Assembly: GCA_963781585.1 (NCBI GenBank)
Contig: CAWAGQ010000005.1
Location: 256,001-320,000, forward strand
Length of the DNA stretch: 64,000 nt
Source: an uncultured Gemmatimonadaceae bacterium
GTDB taxonomy: Bacteria > Gemmatimonadota > Gemmatimonadetes > Gemmatimonadales > Gemmatimonadaceae
Direction: 5' to 3'
Below are positions 39,825-49,044 of this stretch, piece by piece. A program made the position numbers and the translations under genes. The first letter of the stretch is position 1; each line of letters begins with the position of its first letter. The notes under the pieces were generated by a model. That model made no database searches, was not told the origin of the DNA, and worked only from the letters and a program-made list of their open reading frames with translations.

Positions 39825-40199
39825 ATGCCGGCTTTCAACACTCGTGCAGCGGCAATGTCATTGGGGATAGCGCCGAAGTCGCTGGAGAACGTGTTCTCGC
39901 ACGTGCTCAATCATGCATCATCGCCCGGCCTGCAGGGACGCGACCGACGAATCCCCTTGGAGGTCATTCTTCAGATCGCTATTGCCGGAGATGTTCGGGA
40001 TACATTCGGTTGCCATTGGAGCCGAGCGCTTCGGATCGCGGAACGCCTTGAGGTGTTTGGAGCCGTTTCGTCTGCCGGCGGTCTACTGTCGCTCGGTGCG
40101 GATACCGCCACCTACCGGGCTCGACTCCAGGAACGGCTCGCCGAGGCTACGGAGGCGGTGCTTGCTCGCCCCAGAGGACGCCCCACCTCGCGACGTTGA
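39825..40199 (+). CDS. Putative DNA-binding protein (HTH-like N-terminus, C-terminal AT-hook)
   Basis: FNTRAAAMSLGIAPKSLENV (HTH-like); RPRGRP at the C-terminus; GGAGG RBS. Confidence 0.65.
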   Translation: MPAFNTRAAAMSLGIAPKSLENVFSHVLNHASSPGLQGRDRRIPLEVILQIAIAGDVRDTFGCHWSRALRIAERLEVFGAVSSAGGLLSLGADTATYRARLQERLAEATEAVLARPRGRPTSRR

Positions 40200-40244
40200 C
40201 CACTGGGTAGGTTTGAGCAGGTTGGCCAGCGGAGGTCCTCTCTC

Positions 40245-41462
40245 GTGACGTTCGCGCATCGAAGACGAGCGGCAGCTGTGAACGTCGGCGGCGTGCCGGT
40301 GGGCTCCGACCATCCCGTCGTCGTGCAGTCAATGACGAATACCGAGACGGCCGATGCCGAGGAGACTGCCCTTCAGATCGCCGCACTAGTCCGTGCTGGC
40401 TCGGAGCTGGTGCGAGTAACTGTGAACAATGATGCCGCCGCGGTCGCTGTTCCGGAAATCGATGCGCGCCTCAGGGATCAGGGGATTGCGATTCCGATCA
40501 TTGGGGATTTCCACTACAACGGGCACCTGCTGCTCACACGCTACGCTGCGTGTGCAGAGGTGCTTGCGAAGTACCGGATCAACCCCGGAAATGTGGGCAG
40601 CCGTCGGCGCGATGAGAACTTTCGGACCATTGTCCGGTGCGCGATCGACCATCGGAAGCCGGTTCGCATCGGTGTGAACTGGGGATCCCTCGATCAGGAT
40701 CTCCTCACCGCGATGATGGACGAGAACGCGAAGCGCGCAAGCCCGTGCGACGCCCGAGATGTCTACATCGAGGCCATGGTTGAAAGCGGACTACGTTCGG
40801 CTTCGCTGGCAGAGGAGACCGGCCTGCCCCATGATCGCATCATCATTTCCGCGAAGGTCTCTCAAGTACCCGATCTGGTTGATGTCTATCGTCGTCTGGG
40901 CGCGCGTTGTGACTTTCCTCTGCACCTCGGCCTGACCGAAGCAGGCCTGGGGACGAAGGGCATCATTGGCAGTACGGCGGGCCTGGCGATCCTCCTCGCG
41001 GACGGTATCGGTGATACCATCCGTGTGTCACTCACCCCGCGCCCTGGAGGCGATCGTACCGAGGAAGTTCAGGTGGCACAGCAGATTCTCCAGTCCTTGG
41101 GGCTGCGGCGGTTCACCCCGCAGGTTTCGGCGTGCCCCGGATGCGGACGGACCACATCCACGTTCTTTCAGCAGATGGCGGAGGACATCCAGTCGTACAT
41201 TCGAGCTCAGATGCCAGCGTGGCGTCACAGCCGCGTGGGAATTGAAGACCTGCGCATCGCCGTCATGGGATGCGTGGTGAACGGACCCGGTGAATCAAAA
41301 CACGCCCATATAGGGATATCACTTCCGGGAACTTCTGAAGAACCGAGAGCCCCTGTCTATGTCGACGGACGACTGAGCACGACGTTGCGAGGAGGTGACA
41401 TCGTGCCGCAGTTTCTCCGCATTCTCGATGAGTATGTGAGCGCACACTACGCCGCCCGATGA
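40245..41462 (+). CDS. ispG: HMBPP synthase (MEP pathway)
   Basis: [37 protein letters not shown] and [10 protein letters not shown] motifs. Confidence 0.96.
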   Translation: MTFAHRRRAAAVNVGGVPVGSDHPVVVQSMTNTETADAEETALQIAALVRAGSELVRVTVNNDAAAVAVPEIDARLRDQGIAIPIIGDFHYNGHLLLTRYAACAEVLAKYRINPGNVGSRRRDENFRTIVRCAIDHRKPVRIGVNWGSLDQDLLTAMMDENAKRASPCDARDVYIEAMVESGLRSASLAEETGLPHDRIIISAKVSQVPDLVDVYRRLGARCDFPLHLGLTEAGLGTKGIIGSTAGLAILLADGIGDTIRVSLTPRPGGDRTEEVQVAQQILQSLGLRRFTPQVSACPGCGRTTSTFFQQMAEDIQSYIRAQMPAWRHSRVGIEDLRIAVMGCVVNGPGESKHAHIGISLPGTSEEPRAPVYVDGRLSTTLRGGDIVPQFLRILDEYVSAHYAAR

Positions 41463-41519
41463 CTCACGCTGGCGGCTTGTTGGTGTTCCGGCGCCCGCTC
41501 GCCATCCGACTGCTTCTGC

Positions 41520-42122
41520 TCAGTCACGCCAGGTTTCGAGCGCGCGCACAATACTCTCCAACTCGTCCATGATCGGCGCATAGAAACCGACGGTTCGCAA
41601 GCGGTCATGGATACGACGATACCACCTCACGGTTTCGGTGCGTCCCCCAGCCAACTGATTCCATGCTGCGCTCGGTTCCACTGTGCGTCGCAGGTTTGAG
41701 AGGGCAGTTGCTGTATTGTGCAGGGCGATCGCCGCCAGGACCCAGCGTGCCCGCTCCGACATCGTGCCCAGGCGGTCGAGAATATCCTCCCGTCGCTCAT
41801 CATATGAGAACTCGACTCCGTCATCGCCCGTCCGACGTTGTGAGACCGTCAGTACAGTCTCCAGCACCTCGTCGCCGAACTTGTCGAGTATGCGTTGCCT
41901 GAGCGTCTCAACGGCGTAGCCGCTTCGAAGGCTGTCCTCCGCCACCGAGTGCAGGATGCCTGCGATCACCGTTGTATCATCACGGCCGTAGCGAGCCAGG
42001 ATGAGGCCCACGTTCGCCGGCTGGGTGAAGTATGGCGGCTTCGTACCACGCCGCACCTGCTGATCGTGATGCTTGGCGGCGAACGCGAGTGCGTGGTCGA
42101 TTCTGTCCGAATAGCCCTGCAT
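41520..42122 (-). CDS. SpoT/Mesh1-type HD-domain protein with degenerate metal site
   Basis: ALAFAAKHH..QVRR...PY, AGILHSVAED, KFG.EV...V and AIALHN follow the HD_4 layout. Confidence 0.78.
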   Translation of the reverse strand: MQGYSDRIDHALAFAAKHHDQQVRRGTKPPYFTQPANVGLILARYGRDDTTVIAGILHSVAEDSLRSGYAVETLRQRILDKFGDEVLETVLTVSQRRTGDDGVEFSYDERREDILDRLGTMSERARWVLAAIALHNTATALSNLRRTVEPSAAWNQLAGGRTETVRWYRRIHDRLRTVGFYAPIMDELESIVRALETWRD

Positions 42123-42205
42123 GGTGATTCCGGTCTGCGGCGTCCGGATACCGTTAGGCAGCGAGGGAAAGCCGGAGCCGCAACATGGAGTGAAGCAGGA
42201 CGCGC

Positions 42206-42706
42206 CTAGCTGGCGTCAGCACTCGTCGTGAACCAGGTCATCAGCCCTTCCAGTCCCCGTGCGTCGTCATCATCGAAGGCATCCGCCGTTTCGCTATCGA
42301 TGTCGAGGACCGCTGACAATTGCCCGTGTCTGGCGAAGACCGGCACAACGATTTCGGAACGAGCCCGCGCATCGCAGACGATGTGACCGGGGAACCGGCT
42401 CACATCCGGCACGATGACAGTTCGGCGCTGTGCGGCGGCCGTACCGCACACCCCTGATCCCAGCGGTATTTCCAGACAGCCCAGCGAACCCTGATACGGG
42501 CCGATACGCAGTAGCGAGCCCGACGACACTACCCGGTAGAAGCCGACCCAAAGATGGCCGAACCCCTCTCGAAGGAGGCAGCTGATGGTCGCCATCCCTG
42601 TGACCGGATCGTGGATTCCCGACAACACCGCGCGACATTGCGTATCCAACTGCTGATACGCTTCCGCTTTTGGGAGCCCCCGCACGTCGAGCACTGCCTC
42701 AGTCAT
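42206..42706 (-). CDS. msrC: GAF-domain free methionine-(R)-sulfoxide reductase-like
   Basis: WVGFY, GPYQG.LGC..I..G.GVCGTAA, VPDV..FPGHIVCD..ARSEIVVP, LDIDS. Confidence 0.85.
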   Translation of the reverse strand: MTEAVLDVRGLPKAEAYQQLDTQCRAVLSGIHDPVTGMATISCLLREGFGHLWVGFYRVVSSGSLLRIGPYQGSLGCLEIPLGSGVCGTAAAQRRTVIVPDVSRFPGHIVCDARARSEIVVPVFARHGQLSAVLDIDSETADAFDDDDARGLEGLMTWFTTSADAS

Positions 42707-42743
42707 TTGCCAGTCAAACCTGGAGTAACGGCCCAGTCTGCAC

Positions 42744-43280
42744 TTACGGCAGAAGTGTGATCTCTCCTTTCATCCCCATGGCCAGGTGTGGTGTGCAATG
42801 AAAGGGGTACTTTCCCGGCGGCAGGTTTCCCAGGGAGAGCAGCAAGGTGTCGCTTTCAGCAATTAGCATGTCGGACGTGCCATCGGTACTGTTCGGCATA
42901 TTCGCAAACAACTGCTCTTTGGAACCTGCGGGAATGGTAGCAGGGTCGAATGCGATGTTGTGAGGCGGGAGGGAAACCACAACGAACCGGATGCCGTCTC
43001 CAACCCTGGCCGTAATATTCGCCGGCTCAAAGCGATAGCCTTGCGCATCGCCGATCAATCTGACCTCGTGAATCTGTCCAGTGATGGGAGCCGCGGTGAG
43101 GGCCGAGCTGCCTGGGGATGCCGGCATCGGAGTCAGCATCGTGACGGTATCCAGATTGGAAGTGGTATCGAGCTGATTCGACTTGCCACCCCTGCAGGCT
43201 TCGAGCAGAACCATACCCGAACCCAGCACGAGCCCCAAATACCTCACTGCCGATCGCCGCGACGGGCTAGTCCATTTCAT
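42744..43280 (-). CDS. Type-1 blue copper (plastocyanin/auracyanin-like) lipoprotein
   Basis: PPHNIAF and HCTPHLAMGM supply the Cu ligands H/C/H/M; SRR twin-Arg-like signal plus LEAC lipobox. Confidence 0.88.
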   Translation of the reverse strand: MKWTSPSRRSAVRYLGLVLGSGMVLLEACRGGKSNQLDTTSNLDTVTMLTPMPASPGSSALTAAPITGQIHEVRLIGDAQGYRFEPANITARVGDGIRFVVVSLPPHNIAFDPATIPAGSKEQLFANMPNSTDGTSDMLIAESDTLLLSLGNLPPGKYPFHCTPHLAMGMKGEITLLP

Positions 43281-43325
43281 GACGGGAAAGGTGCGGCCGG
43301 CGCCGAGAGGGGCCGGGCATTGGAG

Positions 43326-43343
43326 TTGTGAACTTATTCACAA
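43326..43343. promoter_or_regulatory. Rex operator (NADH/NAD+ redox-sensing repressor site)
   Basis: TTGTGAACTTATTCACAA is an exact match to TTGTGAA-N4-TTCACAA, 45 bp upstream of the blue-copper ATG. Confidence 0.8.
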
Positions 43344-43643
43344 GCGGCTCAAACGCAACGGATTGAGATCCCCATTGCGCACATCACTGGACGGCGTGGA
43401 GCGATCGCCACCAGGACCTGCTGCGTTGGCGTCGTCGTCGTCCATTGGGCCGTGATTCGTGGCGAACCATCACGGGGAATGTCCGAGCCAGCGCTGCTGC
43501 GCGCTTGCTTTTCTTCCGTTTCCCCTGCCCTTTCTCGTCGGAGATCTCCGTGTGGGATGAACGAACGGCATGACCGACGCGCTCACCTCGGGAGGCTGGC
43601 CTGCAATGGAGCGTATGCTTCAGACGCTGGAGGCGATTTCCCT

Positions 43644-44354
43644 GTGATCGTGATTCCAGCCATCAACCTGCGGGCCGGAGCCTGCATGCTGCCGGTCGAG
43701 GGACGGGAGCGTGCCGATCGCATCCGATCAGTCGAGCCTCCGTCGATGGTGCACGCATATGTGCAATGCGGGTTCCGTCGGATTCACCTGTCAGAGGTGG
43801 ACGCGACATCGATGGGTGCCGCCAACCGTGGCATCGTGCTGGACCTGCTGTGGGATGGCGCCGCTGAGTTCTACGTGCGCGGTGGACACTGCGCGACCGA
43901 CGATGTGCGCCAGCTGGTGACCTCTGGTGCCCGTTATGCCGTGATTGGCACCTCCGTCGTGCAGGATCCCTGGTGGCTGGCTGACGCGACGGATCTCTTC
44001 GAGGACGCGATCATCCTGTCCGTTGAGGTGCAGCACCGGCGTGCGGCGGCCTGTGGATGGAGTCCAGCGCGGCCAGTCCCGGTGAGCGAGCTCCTCGACG
44101 AGGTCCAGGACGTCGGTCTTGCCGGAATCCTCGTTGAACCTGTCGACCATCGGCAATCAGTCACGAACGATCTCGGCCTCGTGGAAGACATTGTCGACGC
44201 GTGCACGTGTCCTGTGTACGTTGCCGGCGGAATCGCGTCGATGAGAGAGCTGCGCGCGCTCGAGGACCGATCGGTAACTGGCGTCGTGGTGGGACGCGCC
44301 TTGCAGAGCGGAGCCTTGCATCCGCGCGTCGTCGCGCAGGAATTTGGGGCATGA
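43644..44354 (+). CDS. HisA-like (beta/alpha)8 barrel with degenerate catalytic residues
   Basis: GGAGG plus GTG start; VIPAINL, GARYAVIGT, GW, VAGGIAS and GVVVGRAL motifs; canonical Asp residues replaced. Confidence 0.75.
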   Translation: MIVIPAINLRAGACMLPVEGRERADRIRSVEPPSMVHAYVQCGFRRIHLSEVDATSMGAANRGIVLDLLWDGAAEFYVRGGHCATDDVRQLVTSGARYAVIGTSVVQDPWWLADATDLFEDAIILSVEVQHRRAAACGWSPARPVPVSELLDEVQDVGLAGILVEPVDHRQSVTNDLGLVEDIVDACTCPVYVAGGIASMRELRALEDRSVTGVVVGRALQSGALHPRVVAQEFGA

Positions 44355-44394
44355 TCACTGGGGCACCGAACCTGACCAGTCTGCTCCCGACCTG

Positions 44395-45171
44395 ATGGCT
44401 TCGTCGGATCCATCACTCCTGGAAATTGTCGCCGATCTCGTGCAGGTGGCAGGCGACGCTGCATTGCGCCACTTTCGCAGGAGCCTCACCGTGGAGCACA
44501 AGAGTGATGGATCCGAAGTGACCATCGCCGATCGGGCGGCCGAGCACGCTGTTCGCGATTGGATCGAGGTTCGGTTCCCGACCGACAGTATTGTGGGTGA
44601 GGAGTTGCCGCCCACGGAACGCTCACCCACGCGGTGCTGGTACGTCGATCCGATCGATGGCACGAAGAGTTTCGTTCGCGGCGTACCGCTTTGGGGTTCG
44701 ATGGTGGCACTGAAGGTCTCTGGCGAGATCGTCGCAGGGGGGATCCGGTGTCCGGCCACCGACGACACCGTCGTTGCCGTGCGCGGGAGTGGGTGCTGGC
44801 ACAACGGAGCACGCGCCCGAGTGTCGACAACGGCGTCCTTGGCGGACGCCGCGATCGTGGCCACCGACGCGCGGTTCCCATCACATGTCGGGGGTGCGGA
44901 ACGCTGGAGCGCGCTCGCGGGTCGCGTCGCGATCGCGCGTTCATGGGGTGACTGCTACGGGTACGTGCTGGTGGCGACCGGGCGGGCGGAGTTGATGGCG
45001 GATGATCGGCTGCACCCTTGGGACGTCGCCCCTCTGCTTCCCATCATTGCGGAGGCGGGTGGGGTGCTCTCCGACTGGAGTGGGCGAACCGACTTCATGG
45101 GACCGGATGGCATCGCCTCGAACGCCGTGCTGGCTGGGGCGTTGCGCAGCGCGCTGGGAGTGCCGACGTAG
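44395..45171 (+). CDS. hisN: Histidinol-phosphatase, inositol monophosphatase family
   Basis: KSDGSEVTIADRAAE, GEE, DPIDGTKSFVRGVPLWG, WGDCYGY.LVATGR, WDVAP. Confidence 0.85.
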   Translation: MASSDPSLLEIVADLVQVAGDAALRHFRRSLTVEHKSDGSEVTIADRAAEHAVRDWIEVRFPTDSIVGEELPPTERSPTRCWYVDPIDGTKSFVRGVPLWGSMVALKVSGEIVAGGIRCPATDDTVVAVRGSGCWHNGARARVSTTASLADAAIVATDARFPSHVGGAERWSALAGRVAIARSWGDCYGYVLVATGRAELMADDRLHPWDVAPLLPIIAEAGGVLSDWSGRTDFMGPDGIASNAVLAGALRSALGVPT

Positions 45172-45181
45172 GTCGTACGAC

Positions 45182-46546
45182 TCAGAAGCGTTCCATGATC
45201 CGGGTGGGTACGCGGCTGGTGTCACCTATGAAGACGAACTTCACGTCCCGCATATAGCGCCGTGCAACACGCCGGATGTCCTCCCCGGTAATGGCGCGCA
45301 GGTCGTTTCCGAAGCGGTCCGCCGCATGGTAGTCGCCCTGATAGAGCTGTGCGCGCACCAGAAAGTCCGCCTGGTCGGCCGCCGACTCATTGTCAATGAA
45401 GTACTGCGTGACGAACTGCTGCACCAGGCGCTCGAGCGCACTCGGATCCACGAATCCGCCCTTCAGTGCGTCCAGCTCCTGCCGCATGACACCCAAGGTG
45501 ACGTCGGGCGAGACCGTCGTGACGTACAGGCCGCCGGCGGCCACGGCACGTTCGACGAAAGGCGCTTCCACGGCGTACGTCAGGTTTCGTCGGGATCGGA
45601 TCTCGCTGAATAACTGACCCGAGAGAACCGCGGTGGCTATTCGCAGCGCCTGATAGTCGCGGGAATCCGCAGGCGGGCCCGCAAATTCACCCAGGATGTA
45701 GTTGGTGGGCAGGGGGCGGTACACCGCGAGTACCGCGGCCTCGGAATGCGGAAGGGTATCGGGCAGGGTCCAGCGATACGATCCGGGTGGCAGATGCCCG
45801 AGCGTCCGTGCGATCGCGCGCTCCACGTTCGACCGCGCAATATTGCCGACGACGACCAAGAGCATCCGGGATTTCACAAAGCTTCCGGCGTGATAGCGGC
45901 GCAGATCGTCCACCGTGACGCGGGAAAGGGACCGCTCCGTTCCCGTCGGAGGGCGCGCGTACGGATGCCCTGCGAAGGCAAACGAGTCGGCGAGGAAGTC
46001 GACCAACGCATCTGGCGAGTCGCGTCGTTGCCGTACAGCAGCCAGCAGCTGATCGCGCACAAGTTCTACGTCGCTGGAGTCGAGCAGCGGTTCTATCACG
46101 CGGCTTGCCAACACATCCCAGGTGGAATCAAAGGTCGTGCGCGTCGCCCGCATGCCGATCGACGACCAGTCCGTCCGCGCGCTGGTGACGATCGAGGTGC
46201 CCAGTCGAGCCATGAGCTGGCGCAGACGGTTCCGCGAAAACGACTCGGTGCCGCGCTCGCTCGCCTCGAGCAACAGGGTCTCTATTCCGGCGTTGTCGTT
46301 CGAGACATTCCGTACGCCTCCAAGCAGGTACAGGTTGGCCACGACGATGTCGCTCGTCCTGGCAAAGCGCTGTATCACGTGAACGCCCGCTATGTCATAC
46401 GCGACCGTTCCGGTATCAGCGGCCTGCGGGCTGGCTGGTCTGGCATCGGACGTCATCGGTGATCGGGTCGCGATGGCGACAAGCACCGCCGCCAGCGGAA
46501 CCCGGCTCCCGCGAAACGCGATCCCCGATCGCCCCGGCAGCTTCAC
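45182..46546 (-). CDS. M16 peptidase, non-catalytic subunit
   Basis: Lacks HxxEH; has LFSEIRSRRNLTY (R/Y pair) and FAGHPY; overlaps the stop of its partner gene. Confidence 0.82.
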   Translation of the reverse strand: MKLPGRSGIAFRGSRVPLAAVLVAIATRSPMTSDARPASPQAADTGTVAYDIAGVHVIQRFARTSDIVVANLYLLGGVRNVSNDNAGIETLLLEASERGTESFSRNRLRQLMARLGTSIVTSARTDWSSIGMRATRTTFDSTWDVLASRVIEPLLDSSDVELVRDQLLAAVRQRRDSPDALVDFLADSFAFAGHPYARPPTGTERSLSRVTVDDLRRYHAGSFVKSRMLLVVVGNIARSNVERAIARTLGHLPPGSYRWTLPDTLPHSEAAVLAVYRPLPTNYILGEFAGPPADSRDYQALRIATAVLSGQLFSEIRSRRNLTYAVEAPFVERAVAAGGLYVTTVSPDVTLGVMRQELDALKGGFVDPSALERLVQQFVTQYFIDNESAADQADFLVRAQLYQGDYHAADRFGNDLRAITGEDIRRVARRYMRDVKFVFIGDTSRVPTRIMERF

Positions 46547-47919
46547 GGCGTTCCGCGCGGCAGCACGTCGGTCGTCGTGAGCCCGATTCGTTCACGCGTG
46601 CCCGGTGGCAGGAGAAGACCCACAATTCGATCGTGTCCCACAATGTATTTCCTGGCGTATCGTCGCAGGTCCCCGAGCGTCTGCGCTGCCATATTGTCGA
46701 CGTACCCCATGTAGTACTCGAGGCCAGCCACACCCCACCAGAATCCCAGCGTGTGGGCAAAGTCGGAGGGACGGTCGAATCCAAACGTGGTGCTCACCGC
46801 CCGCTGCGCCTTGGTGGCATCGAGTTCAGTCTGCGTGATGTATCCGGAATCCGCGAGCTGCTGGATCTCGCGATTCAGCGCGCGAATGGCCTCCTTCAGC
46901 CGCTCCGGGGTGGTTTGTCCCAGAATGGTGATGGGCCCAACGTGATCGAGGGTGTAGTAGTTGACAATGACGGACTGGAACAGGCCAGAGTCCACCAGAC
47001 GCCGTTGCAGCGTGGAGCCCGGCTGATTCAAGGCATCGGAAAAGACGTCCGCTGCGTAGGTCGCTGCCGGATCACTGCGCACACTGGGTCCCTGCCATCG
47101 CACCTCTACGGTCACTGCGCCGACAGGCTGCTCCACGAACACGGCTGCGCTGCTATCGAGGGGAGGAATCGGAGGAATCGGAGCCGCCTCGAACGGATTC
47201 GGGCGACGCGTCCAGTCGCCCAGGGAGCGCTCGGCCAACGCGAACACCTGTGCGGGATTGACGTCCCCGGTCACGATCAGCGCGGAATTGTTGGGCACGT
47301 AGTAGCGTCCTTGAATCTCGCGCATCTTGTCCGGGGTGACCGTCTGCAATACATCGCGGTCCCCAATGATGTTCTTCCGACTCCATTGGCCGGGATAAAG
47401 TAGTTGATCCATGGCCTTTTCGAGCTCGAAGAACGGACTCGATTCGTTGCGATCATATTCGCCGAGAACAACCTGCCTTTCGCGCTCGAGATCCGCACGG
47501 AGGAACAGGGGCTGCCGCAGGGCGGCGACCATCAGCTCCAGCCCGCCCTCCAGGCTGTCTGCAGGTAGCGTCATATAATAGTTGACACGTTCTTCCTGCG
47601 TCGTGCCGTTGAATATGGCCCCGAGCTCGGACGCGCGTTCGATGAAGTCGTCGGGGTTGGGTAACCGGGCATTGGCTTTGAAGAACATGTGTTCGTACAT
47701 ATGCGCCAGCCCTTCGTAGCCATGAGGCTGCGTGAAGGACCCGTTCTTGACATCGAACTCCACAGTGGCCAGCGGAACCCCGTGGTTTTCCGCTACAATC
47801 ACTTCGAGTCCGTTCGCTAGCACTCGCTGGTGAATGAACCGCTCCAACTCGGTTCGCTGCGCATGCGCCGCGCTGGCCACCAACAGCCCTAACGCAGGAA
47901 GGAAGACCGCTCGGACCAT
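46543..47919 (-). CDS. M16 zinc peptidase, catalytic subunit, secreted
   Basis: LANGL, GLAHMYEHMFFK (HxxEH), ERERQVVLGE and YYVPNN motifs; signal peptide. Start at 47919 or 47949. Confidence 0.9.
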   Translation of the reverse strand: MVRAVFLPALGLLVASAAHAQRTELERFIHQRVLANGLEVIVAENHGVPLATVEFDVKNGSFTQPHGYEGLAHMYEHMFFKANARLPNPDDFIERASELGAIFNGTTQEERVNYYMTLPADSLEGGLELMVAALRQPLFLRADLERERQVVLGEYDRNESSPFFELEKAMDQLLYPGQWSRKNIIGDRDVLQTVTPDKMREIQGRYYVPNNSALIVTGDVNPAQVFALAERSLGDWTRRPNPFEAAPIPPIPPLDSSAAVFVEQPVGAVTVEVRWQGPSVRSDPAATYAADVFSDALNQPGSTLQRRLVDSGLFQSVIVNYYTLDHVGPITILGQTTPERLKEAIRALNREIQQLADSGYITQTELDATKAQRAVSTTFGFDRPSDFAHTLGFWWGVAGLEYYMGYVDNMAAQTLGDLRRYARKYIVGHDRIVGLLLPPGTRERIGLTTTDVLPRGTP

Positions 47920-48017
47920 CTTCGAGTGACCACCACGTGGTACGGTCACAGCACCTTCCCCTCGCACGTTGCGCACGCTGGCGGTGATGAAGGACAAATG
48001 GTTTCTTTGAGCGCCCG

Positions 48018-48971
48018 ATGAATGCGTCCCTTCATTCGTATCCGTCCTTCGTCGCTGCAGCCCGCACGGTCCTCGACCTCGCGCGGCTGAAACAGCAGGA
48101 GCCGCTCGCTCCGTACACCACGTTTCGCATTGGCGGTCCGGCCGATCTCCTGTACGATGCCATCGATGCCGACGATCTGGCAAACGCGGTCCTTGCCGCC
48201 CGCCGAACGGCCACCCCGTACTTCATCCTCGGACTGGGGGCCAATATCCTGTTCGGGGACCGCGGGTTCCGTGGCATCGTCATTCGTAATTGCGCACGCG
48301 CATTCAGGTTTCGCGGACAGCATCTCCGGGCAGAAAGCGGAGCGATCATCCGCGACCTGATCTTCGCGGCGGTCCGTCGTGGCCTTTCGGGCCTCGAACA
48401 TTATGTCGGTATCCCCAGCACGGTGGGCGGAGCTGTGTGGCAGAACCTCCACTTTCTGTCTCCCGCTCCCGAGCGGGCGCGCACCATGTTCCTCGAGGAG
48501 ATCGTCGAATCGTGCGAGATCCTCACGGAGGCAGGCGGTCGGCGCACCGTGAATCGCGAGTACATGCGATTTGGATATGACACAAGCGTACTGCACCTCC
48601 AGCAAGACGTGGCCCTCGGCGTCACGTTTCAGCTTGCTGTGGAGAACGCCGATCGCATGCAACGCGTGATGCAGGAAAACCTGAGCTGGCGCGGCGCGCG
48701 GCATCCCTGGTTGGAGCTGTATCCCAGCGTCGGCTCGATCTTCAAGAAGATCGAGGGAGTCGGCGCCGGTCGTCTCATCGACCAATGTGGGCTCAAAGGG
48801 TACCGTGTCGGCGACGCGCAGATCTCGCATGTGCATGCCAACATCATCGTGAATCTCGGCGCTGCCACCGCTGCGGATGTTCGCGCCGTGATATCGCACG
48901 CTCAGGGGACTGTCCGCAGCCGCCTCGGCCAGGAGCTGCACTCGGAGATCGGCTTTGTCGGGGAATTCTGA
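48018..48971 (+). CDS. murB: UDP-N-acetylmuramate dehydrogenase
   Basis: TTFRIGGPA, LGLGANIL, GLE...GIPSTVGGAV, GSIFK, AGRLIDQCGLKG, HANIIVN. Confidence 0.93.
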   Translation: MNASLHSYPSFVAAARTVLDLARLKQQEPLAPYTTFRIGGPADLLYDAIDADDLANAVLAARRTATPYFILGLGANILFGDRGFRGIVIRNCARAFRFRGQHLRAESGAIIRDLIFAAVRRGLSGLEHYVGIPSTVGGAVWQNLHFLSPAPERARTMFLEEIVESCEILTEAGGRRTVNREYMRFGYDTSVLHLQQDVALGVTFQLAVENADRMQRVMQENLSWRGARHPWLELYPSVGSIFKKIEGVGAGRLIDQCGLKGYRVGDAQISHVHANIIVNLGAATAADVRAVISHAQGTVRSRLGQELHSEIGFVGEF

Positions 48972-49044
48972 AGCGAGGCGCGCCGCCCTGGGCGCCGACG
49001 CTCTGGCGCCTGGAAGCGGATCGATCGCGGACACCCCCCTGCAT

